This document shows, piece after piece, positions 23,471 through 37,043 of a DNA stretch of 64,000 bases. The stretch covers positions 9,362,001 to 9,426,000 of the forward strand of contig CATNEN010000001.1 in assembly GCA_950097015.1 (NCBI GenBank). The letters are read 5' to 3'. The position numbers and the translations under genes are program-made. A model generated the notes under the pieces. It made no database searches. It worked only from the letters and a program-made list of their open reading frames with translations, and had not been told where the DNA came from. Each line of letters opens with the position of its first letter. Within the stretch, counting starts at the first letter, position 1. This DNA is from Macrostomum hystrix (taxonomy: Eukaryota > Animalia > Platyhelminthes).

Positions 23471-23877
23471 CAGGAATGCAAAATTGCTTGCGAATTTTTT
23501 GTATTTTAATTCCCCAAAACTAGAATGGTTTACTAATACTTAAAAGCAAAATAAGTTGTCAGGTTTGCTTGCAAAATAGTTCATCACAATGTCATTTGTG
23601 TGTACAATGTCAAAAAAACATAGAAAAATAAATATCTACTTAAAACTTTAAAAAATATTGGAGCGGAGCACCAAACGAACATAAAAAATATTCTTTACAG
23701 TTAAAAGTAGTATGTTGCGAGTTTCATGCACAGAAAAGGGTAAATGACGAACGAACGAATATTGATAGAAAGACAATGAGGTCAGTAGCTACACCTGATC
23801 CTATATATTAATGGGATCTGAAGCTACACCATTGAGTCTTCAAATTGGTTAGAAAGAACAAAAGTGAAATTTTACAA

Positions 23878-26800
23878 TTAATTCTTCGGCAAGTGATTTC
23901 TCAAATTGAGGAATTCGGCAGTTAGTGCAAGAAAATCGGCCGTCCAACTATCATTGTCATTGTTGGCATTGGCGACGGGCTCAAAGTTGAGCTGGCCCGT
24001 ATCGAATTGCATCTGTCTCTGGCGTTGCATCAGGGCCACCTCTTCGCAGGGCACAGTCTCGTCCACCGACTCCCAGCGAATTCTTCTGCTGCGAAAGTTT
24101 TGCAAAATTTCACGAATCTTTTTATCCGCGGTTAGCTCCTCAGGTAGGCGACCGTCGTATGTGCGTAGGTCGAGATCGATCTGCAAGGCAAAATTTCGGA
24201 TTGCTCATAATTAAACATGAACTAAAAATACTTATACTGCCAATTAAAGTAGTGTATATAGGACCACATCACCAAAACATATTTAATATATATTTAACAC
24301 GTATTTCCCCTTACTGCCACTATTAGTAGAGTAGGTAGGACATGCGAATATCGAAAAAATTATGAATATTATCAATCAAGTTGTTTTTCCTCTTTTAATA
24401 AAAATATATTCATACAGAGAGAAAATTAGTTTTCATACTTTACTGGGATTCAGTAAATCGAATTCGCTCGTAACTTCGTTATTTCACACAAAATTTATAA
24501 GTAAAATAAAAGTCTGAGCAAGAGGTCGTGAGTTCGAATTTTAGACCAACCGATCAGCCCTAAACCGAATAACCAATTTGCGTGAGAGTCAACCATATTA
24601 CTTAAATTTTTCTGATCTTTACGATGAACTAACTTTTAAAGCCGTCAAACGTCAGCATCGTCGAGTTATTCAGCGATTCTTGGTGACAAGAACAAGTAAC
24701 GATGCTCCAGTTTTAAAATTAATGGCTAATCCAGATTGGTTCAAAAATGTAAAAATTAACAAGTTATTAAATCCCAAATAGGCAACAACAATAGCCGACA
24801 TGGTTACATGATGAAATTTAGTGAGCAAAGAAATTATGCCAATTTTTATGGTCTTTACCACCAGACACCCCCGACTAGAATCGTTGAATATCTGGACGAT
24901 GCCGATGTCTTGTGATACGCGGCCTATCTACTGTTTAAGAACTGGGAGATTAATGAAAATCGACGACCCAACAAACCTTGGCGATCCTGTTGACGCCGCC
25001 ATCACCGCAGCTCAGCAGCTGTTGAACCATGTCACGATCGCCAAACTGACAGGCCAGGTGCAGAGGTGTGAAACCGGACTTATCCCCAATCGAAGCTAAA
25101 CTAGGATCTCGCGTTAGCAAAGCTTGAGCAGTTTTGAGTTTAGAACGTCGCAAAAACTTCCTAGCCCACCTACTGCCAGTAGCGTTCTTAGCATCTGTGC
25201 AACAGTAGTGCAACGCCGTGAAACCGTTAAGGCGGCATTTCCTAGCCAAAAAGCTGGCAGTCGCACCGCTAGAAGCTTCAACTGAATGATCAACATATCG
25301 CACTACTCGCTTAGAAAGAACAAAACAATCTTCGTCTTCATTGGTAGCGGCGGCAATGTCTATGACATCGTCGTCGTCGTCGTCATAGTCTCCCTCTTTG
25401 TACTCTCCGTTAACTAATCTAACGTTGGATTGCTTGGGCAAATTATCCAACAAGAAGGTGACAATAGCGTCGGCGCCTCGCTCTATGGCAACCATCAAGA
25501 TTGTTCGACCGGCGCTGTCAACTAGAAGCCAGTCATTTGGCGGCGACCAAATCTTAGCGAACTCGTCAACTAGATCAGCTAGTTTAGCTTTGCCAGAGTC
25601 GGAGGCAGCAGAATTCATAGCGGCAACAAGGCGGGCAAATCTACGAAATCTGGCCGCTTCCAGAATGTAGCGAACGCCTTCAAATGGTTCGCCGTTGTAC
25701 AGGCGCTGTTGATGATTAACGCCGTTGCTAATGAAAACAACAGGGTCTGGAACAACTGGAGAGGCTCCGTTGCTAAGGAGATGCCGAACAATCGCTAGGG
25801 ATCCGCGCCTAGCTGCCAGATAGATCGGACGCTCGCCTTTAGAATTCGGCTCGTCTATCAGGTCCAGGGGCAGTTTTGGCGAGTCAGGCGCTGCTGATTT
25901 GCCTAGCGACAAGAGCACGGTCACTACCTGGGAGCATTAGTGAATTTTCAAATGGCTAAATTTCAGGTGTTTCTTCTATCATTCTTGTAGATGGTTTTAA
26001 AAAATGACTCTTTTTATCACACCTTCTCCCTTTTACCCCCTGATTTATTTCTGTTCTCAATCCTCTACGTTTCCACTCCAAATCCTCTTCGTTATCACCC
26101 CCTGATCCTCCCCAGTTTCCGCCCCCTGATCCTTTCCAGTTTCCACCCCCTGATCCTCCCCAGTTTCCACCCCCTGATCCTCCCCAGTTTCCGCCCCCTG
26201 ATCCTCCCCAGTTTCCGCCCCCCTGATCCTTTCCAGTTTCCACCCCCTGATCCTCCCCAGTTTCCACCTCCTGATCCTCCCCAGTTTCCGCCCCCTGATC
26301 CTTTCCAGTTTCCGCCCCCTGATCCTTCTCAGTTTCAGTACCCTGATCCTCCCCAGTTTCCACCCCCTGATCCTTTCCAGTTTCCGCCCCCTGATCCTTT
26401 CCAGTTTCCGCCCCCTGATCCTTCTCAGTTTCAGTACCCTGATCCTCCCCAGTTTCCACCCCCTGATCCTTTCCAGTTTCCGCCCCCTGATCCTTTCCAG
26501 TTTCCGCCTTCTGATCCTCCCCAGTTTCCGCTCCCTGATCCTCCCCAGTTTCCACCCCCTGATCCTCCCCAGTTTCCGCCCCCTGATCCTCCCCAGTTTC
26601 CGCTCCCTGATCCTCCCCAGTTTCCGCTCCCTGATCCTCCCTAGTTTCCGCTCCCTGATCCTCCCCAGTTTCCGCTCCCTGATCCTCCCTAGTTTCCGCT
26701 CCCTGATCCTCCCCAGTTTCCGCTCCCTGATCCTCCCTAGTTTCCGCTCCCTGATCCTCCCTAGTTTCCACTCCCTGATCCTCCCCAGTTTCTGCCCCCT

Positions 26801-29800
26801 GATCCTCAATCAATCAACCAATCAATCAACCAATCAATCCTGACCTGGAGATGACCATGTCTGCAGGCAACGTGCAGCACTCCAGACCCATCAGCCGGGT
26901 GTTTCAAATCCAGTCTGGCGCTAGAAAAACCGGTTAACAATTTCACAGCCTCAACGTGACCATTGGCGCAGGCTAAATACAATGGCCAATTGCCGCTTAG
27001 ATCGCGACAATTTAAATCGTCACCAGCTTCTATGGCAACAGATAGGCTGGCTAGACAGCCTGAGACAGCTAGGCCGAATAGTCCAGGATTAACTAGCTCT
27101 CTTTGTCGCCTAGCAACAGCGGCGGATAGTGCTTTAGACATTGGCCCATCGTCAGCTGCTGCTTTTGTAGATTTCTGCTTGGATTTTCTACTAGAAGCAC
27201 TAGAAGAAGCCGCTGTTGCTTTGCCTGCTGAGCATGCAAGTCTGGCTTCTGATAATCCTGCCAAAGAAAAAATTTTGTTAAAATTAAATAACTACTTAAT
27301 TACTTAATTACTTTATCAATCACCACTTCACAAACTGATAATCTCTCTGAAGTTCCTCCCCTGATCATATCACTCCCATTCCGCCCCAGATTCTCTCCCC
27401 TAGTCCGCTCCTGTGTTTCCCCCCTCTCTCCCCCATTTCGCCCCTGATCATCTTCCCCATCCGCCCCAGATTCTCTCCCCCTAGTCCGCTCCTGTGTTTC
27501 CCCTCTCTCCCCCATCCGCCCCAGATTCTCTCCCTCTAGTCCGCTCCTGTGTTTCCCCCTTCTCTCCCCCATTTCGCCCCTGATCATCTTCCCCATCCGC
27601 CCCTGATTCTCTCCCCCAATCCGCCCCTGATCATCTCCCCAATCCGCCCCTGATCATCTATCCCAATCCGCCCCTGATCCTCTCTCTCCCGTTCCGCCCC
27701 TGATCCTCTCTCTCCCGTTCCGCCCCTGATCCTCTCTCTCCCGTTCCGCCCCCTGATCCTCTCTCTTCCGTTCCGCCCCCTGATCCTCTCTCTCCCGTTC
27801 CGCCCCCTGATCCTCTCTCCCGTTCCGCCCCCTGATCATCTCTCTCCCGTTCCGCCCCCTGATCATCTCTCTCCCGTTCCGCCCCCTGATCATCTCTCTC
27901 CCGTTCCGCCCCCTGATCATCTCTCTCCCGTTCCGCCTCTGATCATCTCTCTCCCGTTCCGCCCCTGATCCTCTCTCTCCCGTTCCGCCCCCTGATCCTC
28001 TCTCTCCCGTTCCGCCCCCTGATCATCTCTCTCCCGTTCCGCCCCCTGATCATCTCTCTCCCGTTCCGCCCCCTGATCCTCTCTCTCCCGTTCCGCCCCC
28101 TGATCATCTCTCTCCCGTTACGCCCCCTGATCCTCTCTTCCTTTAGATCTTCTCCCGAACAAAAGCAGCAGTCTCACCAGTCAGACAGGCAGTATATCCC
28201 AGCATAGTTTGCACACTGGCAGCATTGCCACCGCTAACAGCCAGCTCCAGAGCAAGCCGATGATCAAAGTCGCGAACAGCTGGACAGGCGCCATATTCCA
28301 ACAGCAGGCGAACAGCGAGGGCGTTGTCTTCAACAGCGGCCATAGACAGCGCGGTCCTGCCCGTTGTCGGATGCTGGCCATCGATAGGACAGTCAGGTTG
28401 GTCAAGTAGAAATTGCAAAGCTGACATGGCATTGCACTTGGCTGCTAGGCACAGAGGCGTGTAACCATCCGGATCTGTGCTGAATAGATCGGTGAGACGG
28501 AAATAACTGGCTAGACTGTCTGGCCTATGGGCGATGATTTCAGCGATAGTGCGAGTGCGTTGATCGCGCCATCTGTAATTGCAGGGATTAACTGAATAAT
28601 AAAACTTTGACTGATAAGATCCCCCAGATCCTACTTGTCAGATCATCAGATCCCACGTGTCAGATACTCAGATCCCACCTGTCAGATACTCAGATCCTAT
28701 TTGTCAGATCCTCATATTCTACTTGTCAGATACTCAGATCCTACTTGTCAGATCCTCAGATCCTATTTGTCAGATCCTCAGATTCTACTTGTCAGATCCT
28801 CAGATTCTACTTGTCAGATACTCAGATCCCACTTGTCAGATACTCAGATTCTACTTGTCAGATCCTCAAATCCTACTTGTCAGATCCTCAGATCCTACTT
28901 GTCAGATCCTCAGATCCTACTTGTCAGATACTCAGATCCCACTTGTCAGATACTCAGATTCTACTTGTCAGATCCTCAAATCCTACTTGTCAGATCCTCA
29001 GATCCTACTTGTCAGATCCTCAGATCCTACTTGTCAGATCCTCAGATCATCAGATCCCACTTGTCAGATACTCAGATTCTACTTGTCAGATCCTCAAATC
29101 CTACTTGTCAGATCCTCAGATCCCACTTGTCAGATCCTCAGATTCTACTTGTCAGATCCTCAAATCCTACTTGTCAGATCCTCAGATCCTACTTGTCAGA
29201 TCCTCAGATCCTACTTGTCAGATCCTCAGATCCTACTTGTCAGATCATCAGATCCCACTTGTCAGATACTCAGATTCTACTTGTCAGATCCTCAAATCCT
29301 ACTTGTCAGATCCTCAAATCCTACTTGTCAGATCCTCAGATCCTACTTGTAAGATCCTCAGATCCTACTTGTTAGATCCTCAAATCCTACGTGTCAGATC
29401 CTCAGATCCTACTTGTCAGATCATCAGATCCTACTTGTCAGATACTCAAATCCTACCTGTCAGATCCTCAGATCCTACTTGTCAGATCCTCAAATCCTAC
29501 CTGTCAGATCCTCAGATCCTACTTGTCAGATCCTCAGATCCTACTTGTCAGATCCTCAGATCCCACTTGTCAGATCCTCAGATCCCACCTGTCAGATCCC
29601 GCAACTCTACCCAGTTAGATCCACACAGATTATCCCTAGATCCCATAAATGAATACACTCACTTCTCGATGAGTTTCGTACAAGGATTACTTCCTCCGGC
29701 GCATTGCAATCCCAAATGATCGGGCAGCGCCCCAGCCCTATCCGGCAGATTAAAATCGGCCCCGTGTCGCAGTAGAAAATTAGTCAGATCTTCATCGCCA

Positions 29801-32756
29801 GCCAGGGCAGCAAGGTGTAAAGCAGTCCTGCCAAGGCCAGCATCCGTGGCATTCAAATCAGCGCCCAACAGATACAGATAGCAGGCCAAATAGTGCTGCC
29901 TATACTCGGAATCCCAGCCCTGACTCAGCCGGATCAGACGATGACTCAACGGCTGCTCAGCAATGCTTGACTGTAGACTAGCTAGCGATATTAGTTTTCT
30001 ACGAAGCAGATTGGCTAACAGAGGAAGACTGGGCAGACCCATCTCTAGGCAGCGATAAAGCAGAGCATTGTCCGATCCATTCACTGAGGCTATGTTTAGT
30101 TGACCCTGGAAATTTGGGACAGGAAATAGATTAAACACTTGAGAGGTTCGATAGAGGAAAGATGAGAATAGGGGGGGGGGATAAGACACGGGAGATAAGA
30201 CACGAGAGAGATGAGACACGGGTGAGATGAGACACGGGAGAGATGAGACACGGGTGAGATGAGACACGGGAGAGATGAGACACGTGTAACACACTAAAAG
30301 TGGGGAACGAACCTCGCGCTGGCAGACCGAGACCGGTTTCTGGCTTGTTTGCCTTCGTCAGTCAGCCATAGCCACACGCAGTCCTCTCCCACCACTCTCA
30401 GTGTGCACAGAAGTCTCTTTTAACCTTTCCATTTTTATGGCGATACTTTTTAGTGTTATGTGAGAGTTTTGCAGCCAAGTCTTTGCTTTTCTACTGTTGT
30501 CAGTAGTCTGAATTGTATCTCTCACAACACGGAGGAGATTAGACACCGGGGAGATGAGACACGGGAGAGATGAGACACGGGAGAGATGAGACACGGGAGA
30601 GATGAGACACGGGAGAGATGAGACACGGGAGAGATGAGACACGGGAGAGATGAGACACTGGAGAGATGAGACACCGGGGAGATGAGACACGGGAGAGATG
30701 AGACACTGGAGTAGATGAAGACGACACATGGCAGAGATAAGACACAGGAGCTGATCAATAATAAGCGCAATTGGAAATCAGTTCACACCTGATTAGCCAA
30801 GACAAGCAGCTCTTCGTGGGTAACAGGATTTGTGACCAGGCCCAGGGCGTGAATTCTTTGCTCCGGTGTGGGTGCTACAGCAGCGGGAAGTGGAGCAGGT
30901 GAAACAGCATCGACTTGTTTACTTCGCTGCTGCTGCTGAGCAGAAGAGCCACCACCGGGAGTTAAAAATTTCAACAACGACAAAGGAGTTCTAGATCCCG
31001 TTGACACAGTGGTTGACTTTTCCCCGCCGACGGCACCGCCTGACCCCAGACGCATTCGTCGAACTCTGTCTGAAGCCACAGCCAGGGCTGTTCGACCTCC
31101 GGCATCGAGACGTTTGACAAATCCGGAGCTATCTAGGCGTTGGAGCAGATTGACGCATTGCACAGCGTCTGCTAGGCAGGCTACGTGCATCAGAGTGAAC
31201 CGACTGGGTCCAGCCAGGCGGACGCGAGGGTGGAGCAGGCGAGACTGGAGCAGCTCGGATAGGTGTCTAGAAATTGTGACGAGGCGTTGAGATTTTTTGA
31301 GATTTATCTATTTTTATTGATTTTTTTATTGTGGTGACATTTTGAGATTTATTGTCGCGTTCATGAGTTTTGGATTTGTGGATTTGTTTAGTTATGGGCT
31401 AGATCATTAGTTTATAAATGACACTTTTCGATTTTAATGTGAGGGTGAAAAGCGATATTTAGAGAATTTAGGTATGGTTTTTAGTTATAAGAAAACAGCT
31501 AAAGCTTCTTGTATTTTTAGAAGTAAAATTGAGGATTGATGGTGAGATTTTAAGAAAATAAAAATATATGATATTCATTTATTTTTTGGGTGATATTTTG
31601 AGATCATTCGCTATTGTGAAATGATGAGATAATATGAAAGGACTAGCGCGTGTAATACTGTGAACTTTTTAACAAAAACACGGTATTGCGGGCACAGGAC
31701 CTGATAAATATATTTAACCCTTGGGGTGGGTGGCAGGAGGAGCGAGGTGAGATAAGAAGGCTGGCCAGGAATGGGGTGGCGGCTGAACCGGGCGGCAGAA
31801 GGACAAATGAACGAGGTAGGCTTGGATAGCCGACGGTCGAGGTGGAGAGAAAATGCGGGGCCAGAAAAATCGATAAATTAAAATGTACATAGACGTACAG
31901 GTAAACAGAGACAGAGGGGCAGACTATTCGCGAGACAATAGTCTAGGGTCTTTATTACCCACCTATCCAAATCCAGCATAATTAACAGACGCGTCAAAGC
32001 CATGAGATAATCAGGCTTATCGGCTAGCTGCTGTCGATGCGCCGACACAAAGTCAGGAAAATCTTCCACGGCCGGAAACCAATCGATGAAGTCAACCGAT
32101 TGTCGATGCTCTGGCGGTCTTAAAAATGCCTGACAAACAAACAGATGCGACCTGGGATTGTAGGGCTCATCGATGGATAGAATCAGCTGATCAATTGAAG
32201 CTACTTCAGCCGGCGAGAATGACAATTTAAACAGTAACTTTGGCGTCGAACTATTCGTCGCTAAAGATAATGGCGGCGGCGGCGGTGGAGGCGGCGGAGG
32301 CGGAGGCGGCGGCGGCACTCTTTGATCTTTAATTAGTTCAGAGTCATTATCGCCAGTTGAATAAAACACTTCGTCATTTTCATGGTCATTGTCGGCCGAA
32401 TTACGCCTAGATCGTTGTATTAGACTTAGTCGACTACCAAGCAGCGACTCCTCTGGACGATAGCACCACAATGGCAGCTGTTGTTGTTGCTGCTGCTGCT
32501 GCTGTATTAAACTGACATTCTGAGGTGGCAGAGACAACTGCAATGGACCATTCCTACTACTATAGCTAGTAGTATCAGTGATGATAGCAGAACGATTCGA
32601 TGGAGCGAATCGCTTATTTTGAGTTCGAATATTTAAGCTTGCGTGAGCATCGAGTTGAACAAGATTTCTGTTGACATCGTTTGATTGTTTTATTATTTGA
32701 TCGATTTGGCCGCCATGGACGGTCAAAGTGGCGCCGTTTTGAGAGGCCGTGGACAA
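23878..32756 (-). CDS. Large multi-ankyrin-repeat protein (start codon not identified)
   Basis: Exons 32756-31963, 31266-30789, 30105-29663, 28572-28178, 27257-26845, 25927-24977 and 24180-23878 are all phase-compatible. Ankyrin motifs GRTALHLAA, GYTPLCLAA, GRTALSMAA, GNWPLYLAC, GERPIYLAA and GFTPLHLAC. N-terminal polyQ and polyP tracts. Confidence 0.8.
24600..24920 (-). mobile_element. Second, uninterrupted copy of the MITE-like element at 19237-19899
   Basis: Reverse complement aligns across the LINE insertion point (AATCGCTGAATA.CTCGACGATG.TGACGT..GACGGCTTT.AAAGTT) and with 19340-19420. Confidence 0.65.
26095..26810. repeat. 24-bp minisatellite (CCCTGATCCTCCCCAGTTTCCGCC), ankyrin gene intron
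   Basis: Direct tandem units. Confidence 0.92.
27350..28140. repeat. ~27-bp minisatellite (CCCCCTGATCATCTCTCTCCCGTTCCG), ankyrin gene intron
   Basis: Direct tandem units sharing a CCCTGATC core with the 26095 array. Confidence 0.9.
28620..29600. repeat. 22-bp minisatellite (TCAGATCCTACTTGTCAGATCC), ankyrin gene intron
   Basis: Direct tandem units. Confidence 0.92.
30180..30750. repeat. 16-bp satellite (GAGACACGGGAGAGAT) split by a solo LTR
   Basis: Units occur on both sides of 30285-30526. Confidence 0.88.
30285..30526. mobile_element. Probable solo LTR (242 bp)
   Basis: TGTAAC...CTCACA ends. 5-bp TSD ACACG at 30280-30284 and 30527-30531. A second copy lies inverted at 42034-42231. Confidence 0.7.
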
Positions 32757-33631
32757 CTGGAAAAAATATTTATCATAGTGTGTAAATCAGGAAAATTAGT
32801 GCGATATTTTGAACGTATCTAAAACCTGTTTCTTTCAAGTTTAAAAATAAAAAAATATGATTTTTTCATGTTTTCGTTTGGAATGTTGGACAAAAATTAC
32901 TAAAAATGAAATGTCTATAATGTTTATTTATAGTAGTATATAATGAATCTTTTTCTTAAAAAATGTTGCATAACAGCTTCAAGCTAACGGGGCTACTGAT
33001 TAACTTCAGCTAGGCAAGAAAATCTGATTGTTTCGATAAGAAAATTGTTCTTTTTGCTGAAGCAATCACTGGTCCTAATTAAACAAGATTGGCACTTCAT
33101 GATCGAAGCGATAGATAAGAACTCGTGTAGCGAAGATAAATTAGAAATAAAAAACACATTGATTATTGACTATGCTCTAATTAAGGGACTTAGACAATAG
33201 AAACAGTATAACAACTAATACTGTATTAGTGATTTTTGTCATCATTGATCATAAGTAAATATAAGTCTGTAAAAGAGAACGACTATCGTTACTTTTAATC
33301 GTTACTCTAGAAAATATGTATTCTAAAACTTGTGACCAAATAATTAATTTCTAATATAAAAATTCACCAAAGTCATTGAAGTTAAAATACTTTTTTTATA
33401 GATTGATCTAAAAATTTTGCTATATAAAACTTTCATTATTAGTTTGAATATATAAATTCATTCTTAATTACTTTTTTATTTTTTATAGATGAGTTTTGAG
33501 AAAGTAACGAATCAGGAAATCGTTCCTTTTTAGGTGTTTTAAAAACGTATAAAACTAACGGTTGTAAATTAACGGAAGTCACGCAAAACAATGGTGTTAA
33601 GCTACGAAAAATCAATATAAAAACATCTACA

Positions 33632-35386
33632 TCACTTGGATTTAGCCTTCTTAACAGCCGAGGCGCTTCCGCAAAATGGCTGCATGAACTGGTCGATATT
33701 TCCCAATTGTTGCAGGGCAGCATAAGCCGGCTTGGGTAGAATAGATTTCAAAGCGACAAAGAAGTACACAGTTCTGGGCACGGCAACAACGCTTTCCTCG
33801 GCTAGAATAGCATCAACGGCTCGCTTAGCAACAAAATCCGGATCTAGAGAAGGGAATAGCCATTCTATCGGCGACTTGCAGCCCTGGAACATGCCAGTGC
33901 GAATCAGATACGGGCACAGTGTCGTGATGGCAATCCTAGCATTCGGGTGACCGGACCGAATTTCCGATTCTAACGACTCTGCGAAGATTAAATCGGCAGC
34001 CTTTGAGGCGCAATAATCTGACAGATGGCTAGCACCCATCCAAGCGGTGCAGGAGGCTGTGTAGAACAGGTGTCCGGTGCCTCGGGACAGCATATGCGGC
34101 AGGATGGCCTTGGTGATCCAGTAGTGCGATAGTAAGTTCACGCGGTACACCTGCACAAGGTGTGATGGTGGCTGCTAGAGGCATACTATTTTATAATGGG
34201 GAGATAAGTTTGTAGGGATGGGGTTTGTAGGGATTGGGTTCGTAGGGATGGGGTTCGTAGGGATGGGGTTTGTAGGGATGGGATTTTAGGGATGGGGTTT
34301 GTAGAGATGGGGTTTTTAGGCATGGGGTTTGTAAGGATGGGGGTTTGTAGGGATTGGGTTCGTAGGGATGGGATTTTAAGGGATAGGGGTTTGTAGGCAT
34401 GGGGTTTGTATGGATGGGGTTTGTAAGCATGGAGTTTGAAGGGACAGGGTTTGTAGGGACGGGGTTTATAGGCATGGGGTTTGTAGGGATGGGTTTGTAG
34501 TGATAGGGTTTGTAGGGATGGGGTTTGTAGTGATAGGGTTTGTAGGGATGGGGTTTGTAGGGATGGGGTTTGTAGTGATAGGGTTTGTAGGGATGGGGTT
34601 TGTAGTGATAGGGTTTGTAGTGATAGGGTTTGTAGTGATAGGGTTTGTAGTGATAGGGTTTGTAGGGATGGGGTTTTAAGGGATGGGGGTTTGTAGGGAT
34701 AGGGTTTGTAGGGATGGGGTTTTAAGGGATGGGGTTTGTAGGGATGGGGTTTTAAGGGATGGGGGTTTGTAGGGATCAGGTTTTTAGGTATGGGAAAATT
34801 GTAAGGATAAAATTTTGCACGGAGGGAATTTTGTAGACATGGGGATGTTTATAGGAAATGACTTGTGTTTGCTCAGCAAGACAGTGTGTAGGGAATCTAG
34901 ATCTAGTAGCAGGTCTAGTTCCAGAAGGCTCCGGTAGCTCACCATTTCAATCTTATTGTCATCGGAGTCCAACAACGTCTTGCCCTGCACAATGCCAGCA
35001 TTGTTGATCAAAATATCGACCCGGCCCATTCGATCGAGCGTCTCCTTGGCAACCGCATAGCAGGCCTCTCTAGAGCCGACATCGCAGACGAATGATTCAA
35101 AGAGATCAGATTTAGCGTCGCCTCCGCAGGCTTCAATAACTCTGCGCCGCGTGTCTTCAAGGCCGTCCCGATTGACATCCCAAGCAGCAATGCGACAGCC
35201 CAGTTTGGCCAGGCGCAAGCAGATCAGCTGGCCGATGCCGGCGCCGGCGCCGGTTACTATGGCAACCTGACCGCTAATATTTTTACGCTTCGGCGACAGA
35301 TTTCGCAGTAGAAATTCGGCCCAGCTGACAACAAACCAGTAGGGTAGGCGGATGAGAAAAAACAGGCAATCGATAACTGGATGCAT
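33632..35386 (-). CDS. Short-chain dehydrogenase/reductase, SDR16C family (RDH10/RDHE2/DHRS3-like)
   Basis: Exons 35386-34943 and 34150-33632. N-terminal hydrophobic anchor, TGAGAGIG, NNAG, catalytic YCASK, CPYLIRTGMFQG. Confidence 0.9.
34200..34790. repeat. 15-bp G-rich minisatellite (GTTTGTAGGGATGGG), SDR intron
   Basis: Direct tandem units. Confidence 0.9.
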
Positions 35387-35479
35387 TTCAATACTGCGCT
35401 GGTCTGATCTGAAATTTTGTAATAAAAGTACATTTAATTATTACGTAATGCATGATAATTATACTTAATAAATTATAAC

Positions 35480-35680
35480 TCAGTTCAGTCCATGGACTGG
35501 GAGGTCGCCACACCCACCTTCAATTACCCCAGCTGATGCTGGCACCCAATTAAAAGCTGGGTGAACTGAAGCAATGCAAAGTTTAGTGTCTTGATAAACG
35601 AAAAAAATTGTGCCAGTCGAGTCGAGATCGAACCCCCGACCTTCAAGACGTTAGTCCGGCGCTCTAACCACTAGGCTACA
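35480..35680 (-). mobile_element. SINE family 2 copy with tRNA-like head
   Basis: Minus strand has TAGCCTAGTGGTTAGAGCG (A box) and GGTTCGATCTC (B box), followed by the body shared with 4433-4550. Confidence 0.7.
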
Positions 35681-36497
35681 AACACAACTAACAAAATTCT
35701 TAATTTACCTAACTGAGTTAAGTGTCTTTACTAAAAATAAATAAAAAGAACATTTTTTACTATTTTACTACTAATAGTAAAAGTGTGCAACATATTTTTA
35801 AAAGTTACAGAAAAAACTTATTTAAAATACGATTATTGTAATATTACACAAAGCAAGCCAATTAATTTACTGGCTATAAAATATTTCCTTTTTAGCTGTG
35901 GAGTAATAAAATGACAATAAAACGCGGATGGTTTTATTGAAGTGAGTATTAACAAGTGTGCAAGAGAATATTGAATTAAAATGTAAAAAACTATAGTATT
36001 AAGATCACAAAAAATATTACTTTTTTAAATCCTATCTTTAAATCAGCTGACCGCTTAATTATAAAATCAATTAATAAACTATTTTTATACACAACCATAG
36101 CAAAAGCTAGCTAAAAAAGGTAAATTGAATCTATTATTCAGAAAAATGTTGAAAAATTGAAACACTACTACTAATAGTAGAGGGCTGAAATATGAAAAAT
36201 AGCAGCTAAATTTAGTTAAAATTAACAATAATATTTTTCAATGAACTGTGCGAGACTATACAGAGGTTTAGTCAAATCTATTGTTTTTAAGAACGCGGTT
36301 GATTTTACTTTATAAACAATCAAGAAAAATATTACGAAAAGCAAAAAAAACAAAGAAACGCCACAAACAGCAGATCTAAAAGCTAAATTTAGTTCCTATA
36401 TATAGACAAAATTCATTTTAAAAAACTCGAAATTGGTTTTCCATAAAAGAGAAATTAATAACTCATTGTAAATTCTTTATTTCGGCCAACAATAGGC

Positions 36498-37035
36498 CAG
36501 ATTAGCAATCCATCTTCCATAATCAACAATGGGTTAGATTAGCAATCCATCTTCCATAATTAACAATGGGTTAGATTAGCAATCCATCTTCCATAATTAA
36601 CAATGGGTTAGATTAGCAATCCATCTTCCATAATTAAGAATGAGTTAGATTAGCAATCCATCTTCCATAATTAAGAATGAGTTAGATTAGCAATCCATCT
36701 TCCATAATTAACAATGGGTTAGATTAGCAATCCATCTTCCATAATCAACAATGGGTTAGATTAGCAATCCATCTTCCATAATCAACAATGGGTTAGATTA
36801 GCAATCCATCTTCCATAATTAACAATGGGTTAGATTAGCAATCCATCTTCCATAATCAACAATGGGTTAGATTAGCAATCCATCTTCCATAATTAACAAT
36901 GGGTTAGATTAGCAATCCATCTTCCATAATTAACAATGGGTTAGATTAGCAATCCATCTTCCATAATTAACAATGGGTTAGATTAGCAATCCATCTTCCA
37001 TAATCAACAATGGGTTAGATTAGCAATCCATCTTC
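36498..37035. repeat. 37-bp minisatellite (AGATTAGCAATCCATCTTCCATAATTAACAATGGGTT) immediately 3' of the RETREG-like stop
   Basis: About 14 near-identical units. Confidence 0.93.
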
Positions 37036-37043
37036 ACCAATGT

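Noticed and set aside
35610-35680. tRNA gene (also B-box-like hits at ~4580, ~11000, ~18315 and ~24530)
   Set aside because: A and B boxes are present but no complete cloverleaf is evident. The clear cases continue into dispersed repeat bodies, so they are SINE heads.
34200-37035. Telomeric repeats (GGGTTAG words and G-rich arrays)
   Set aside because: There is no tandem TTAGGG, only isolated words inside longer units.
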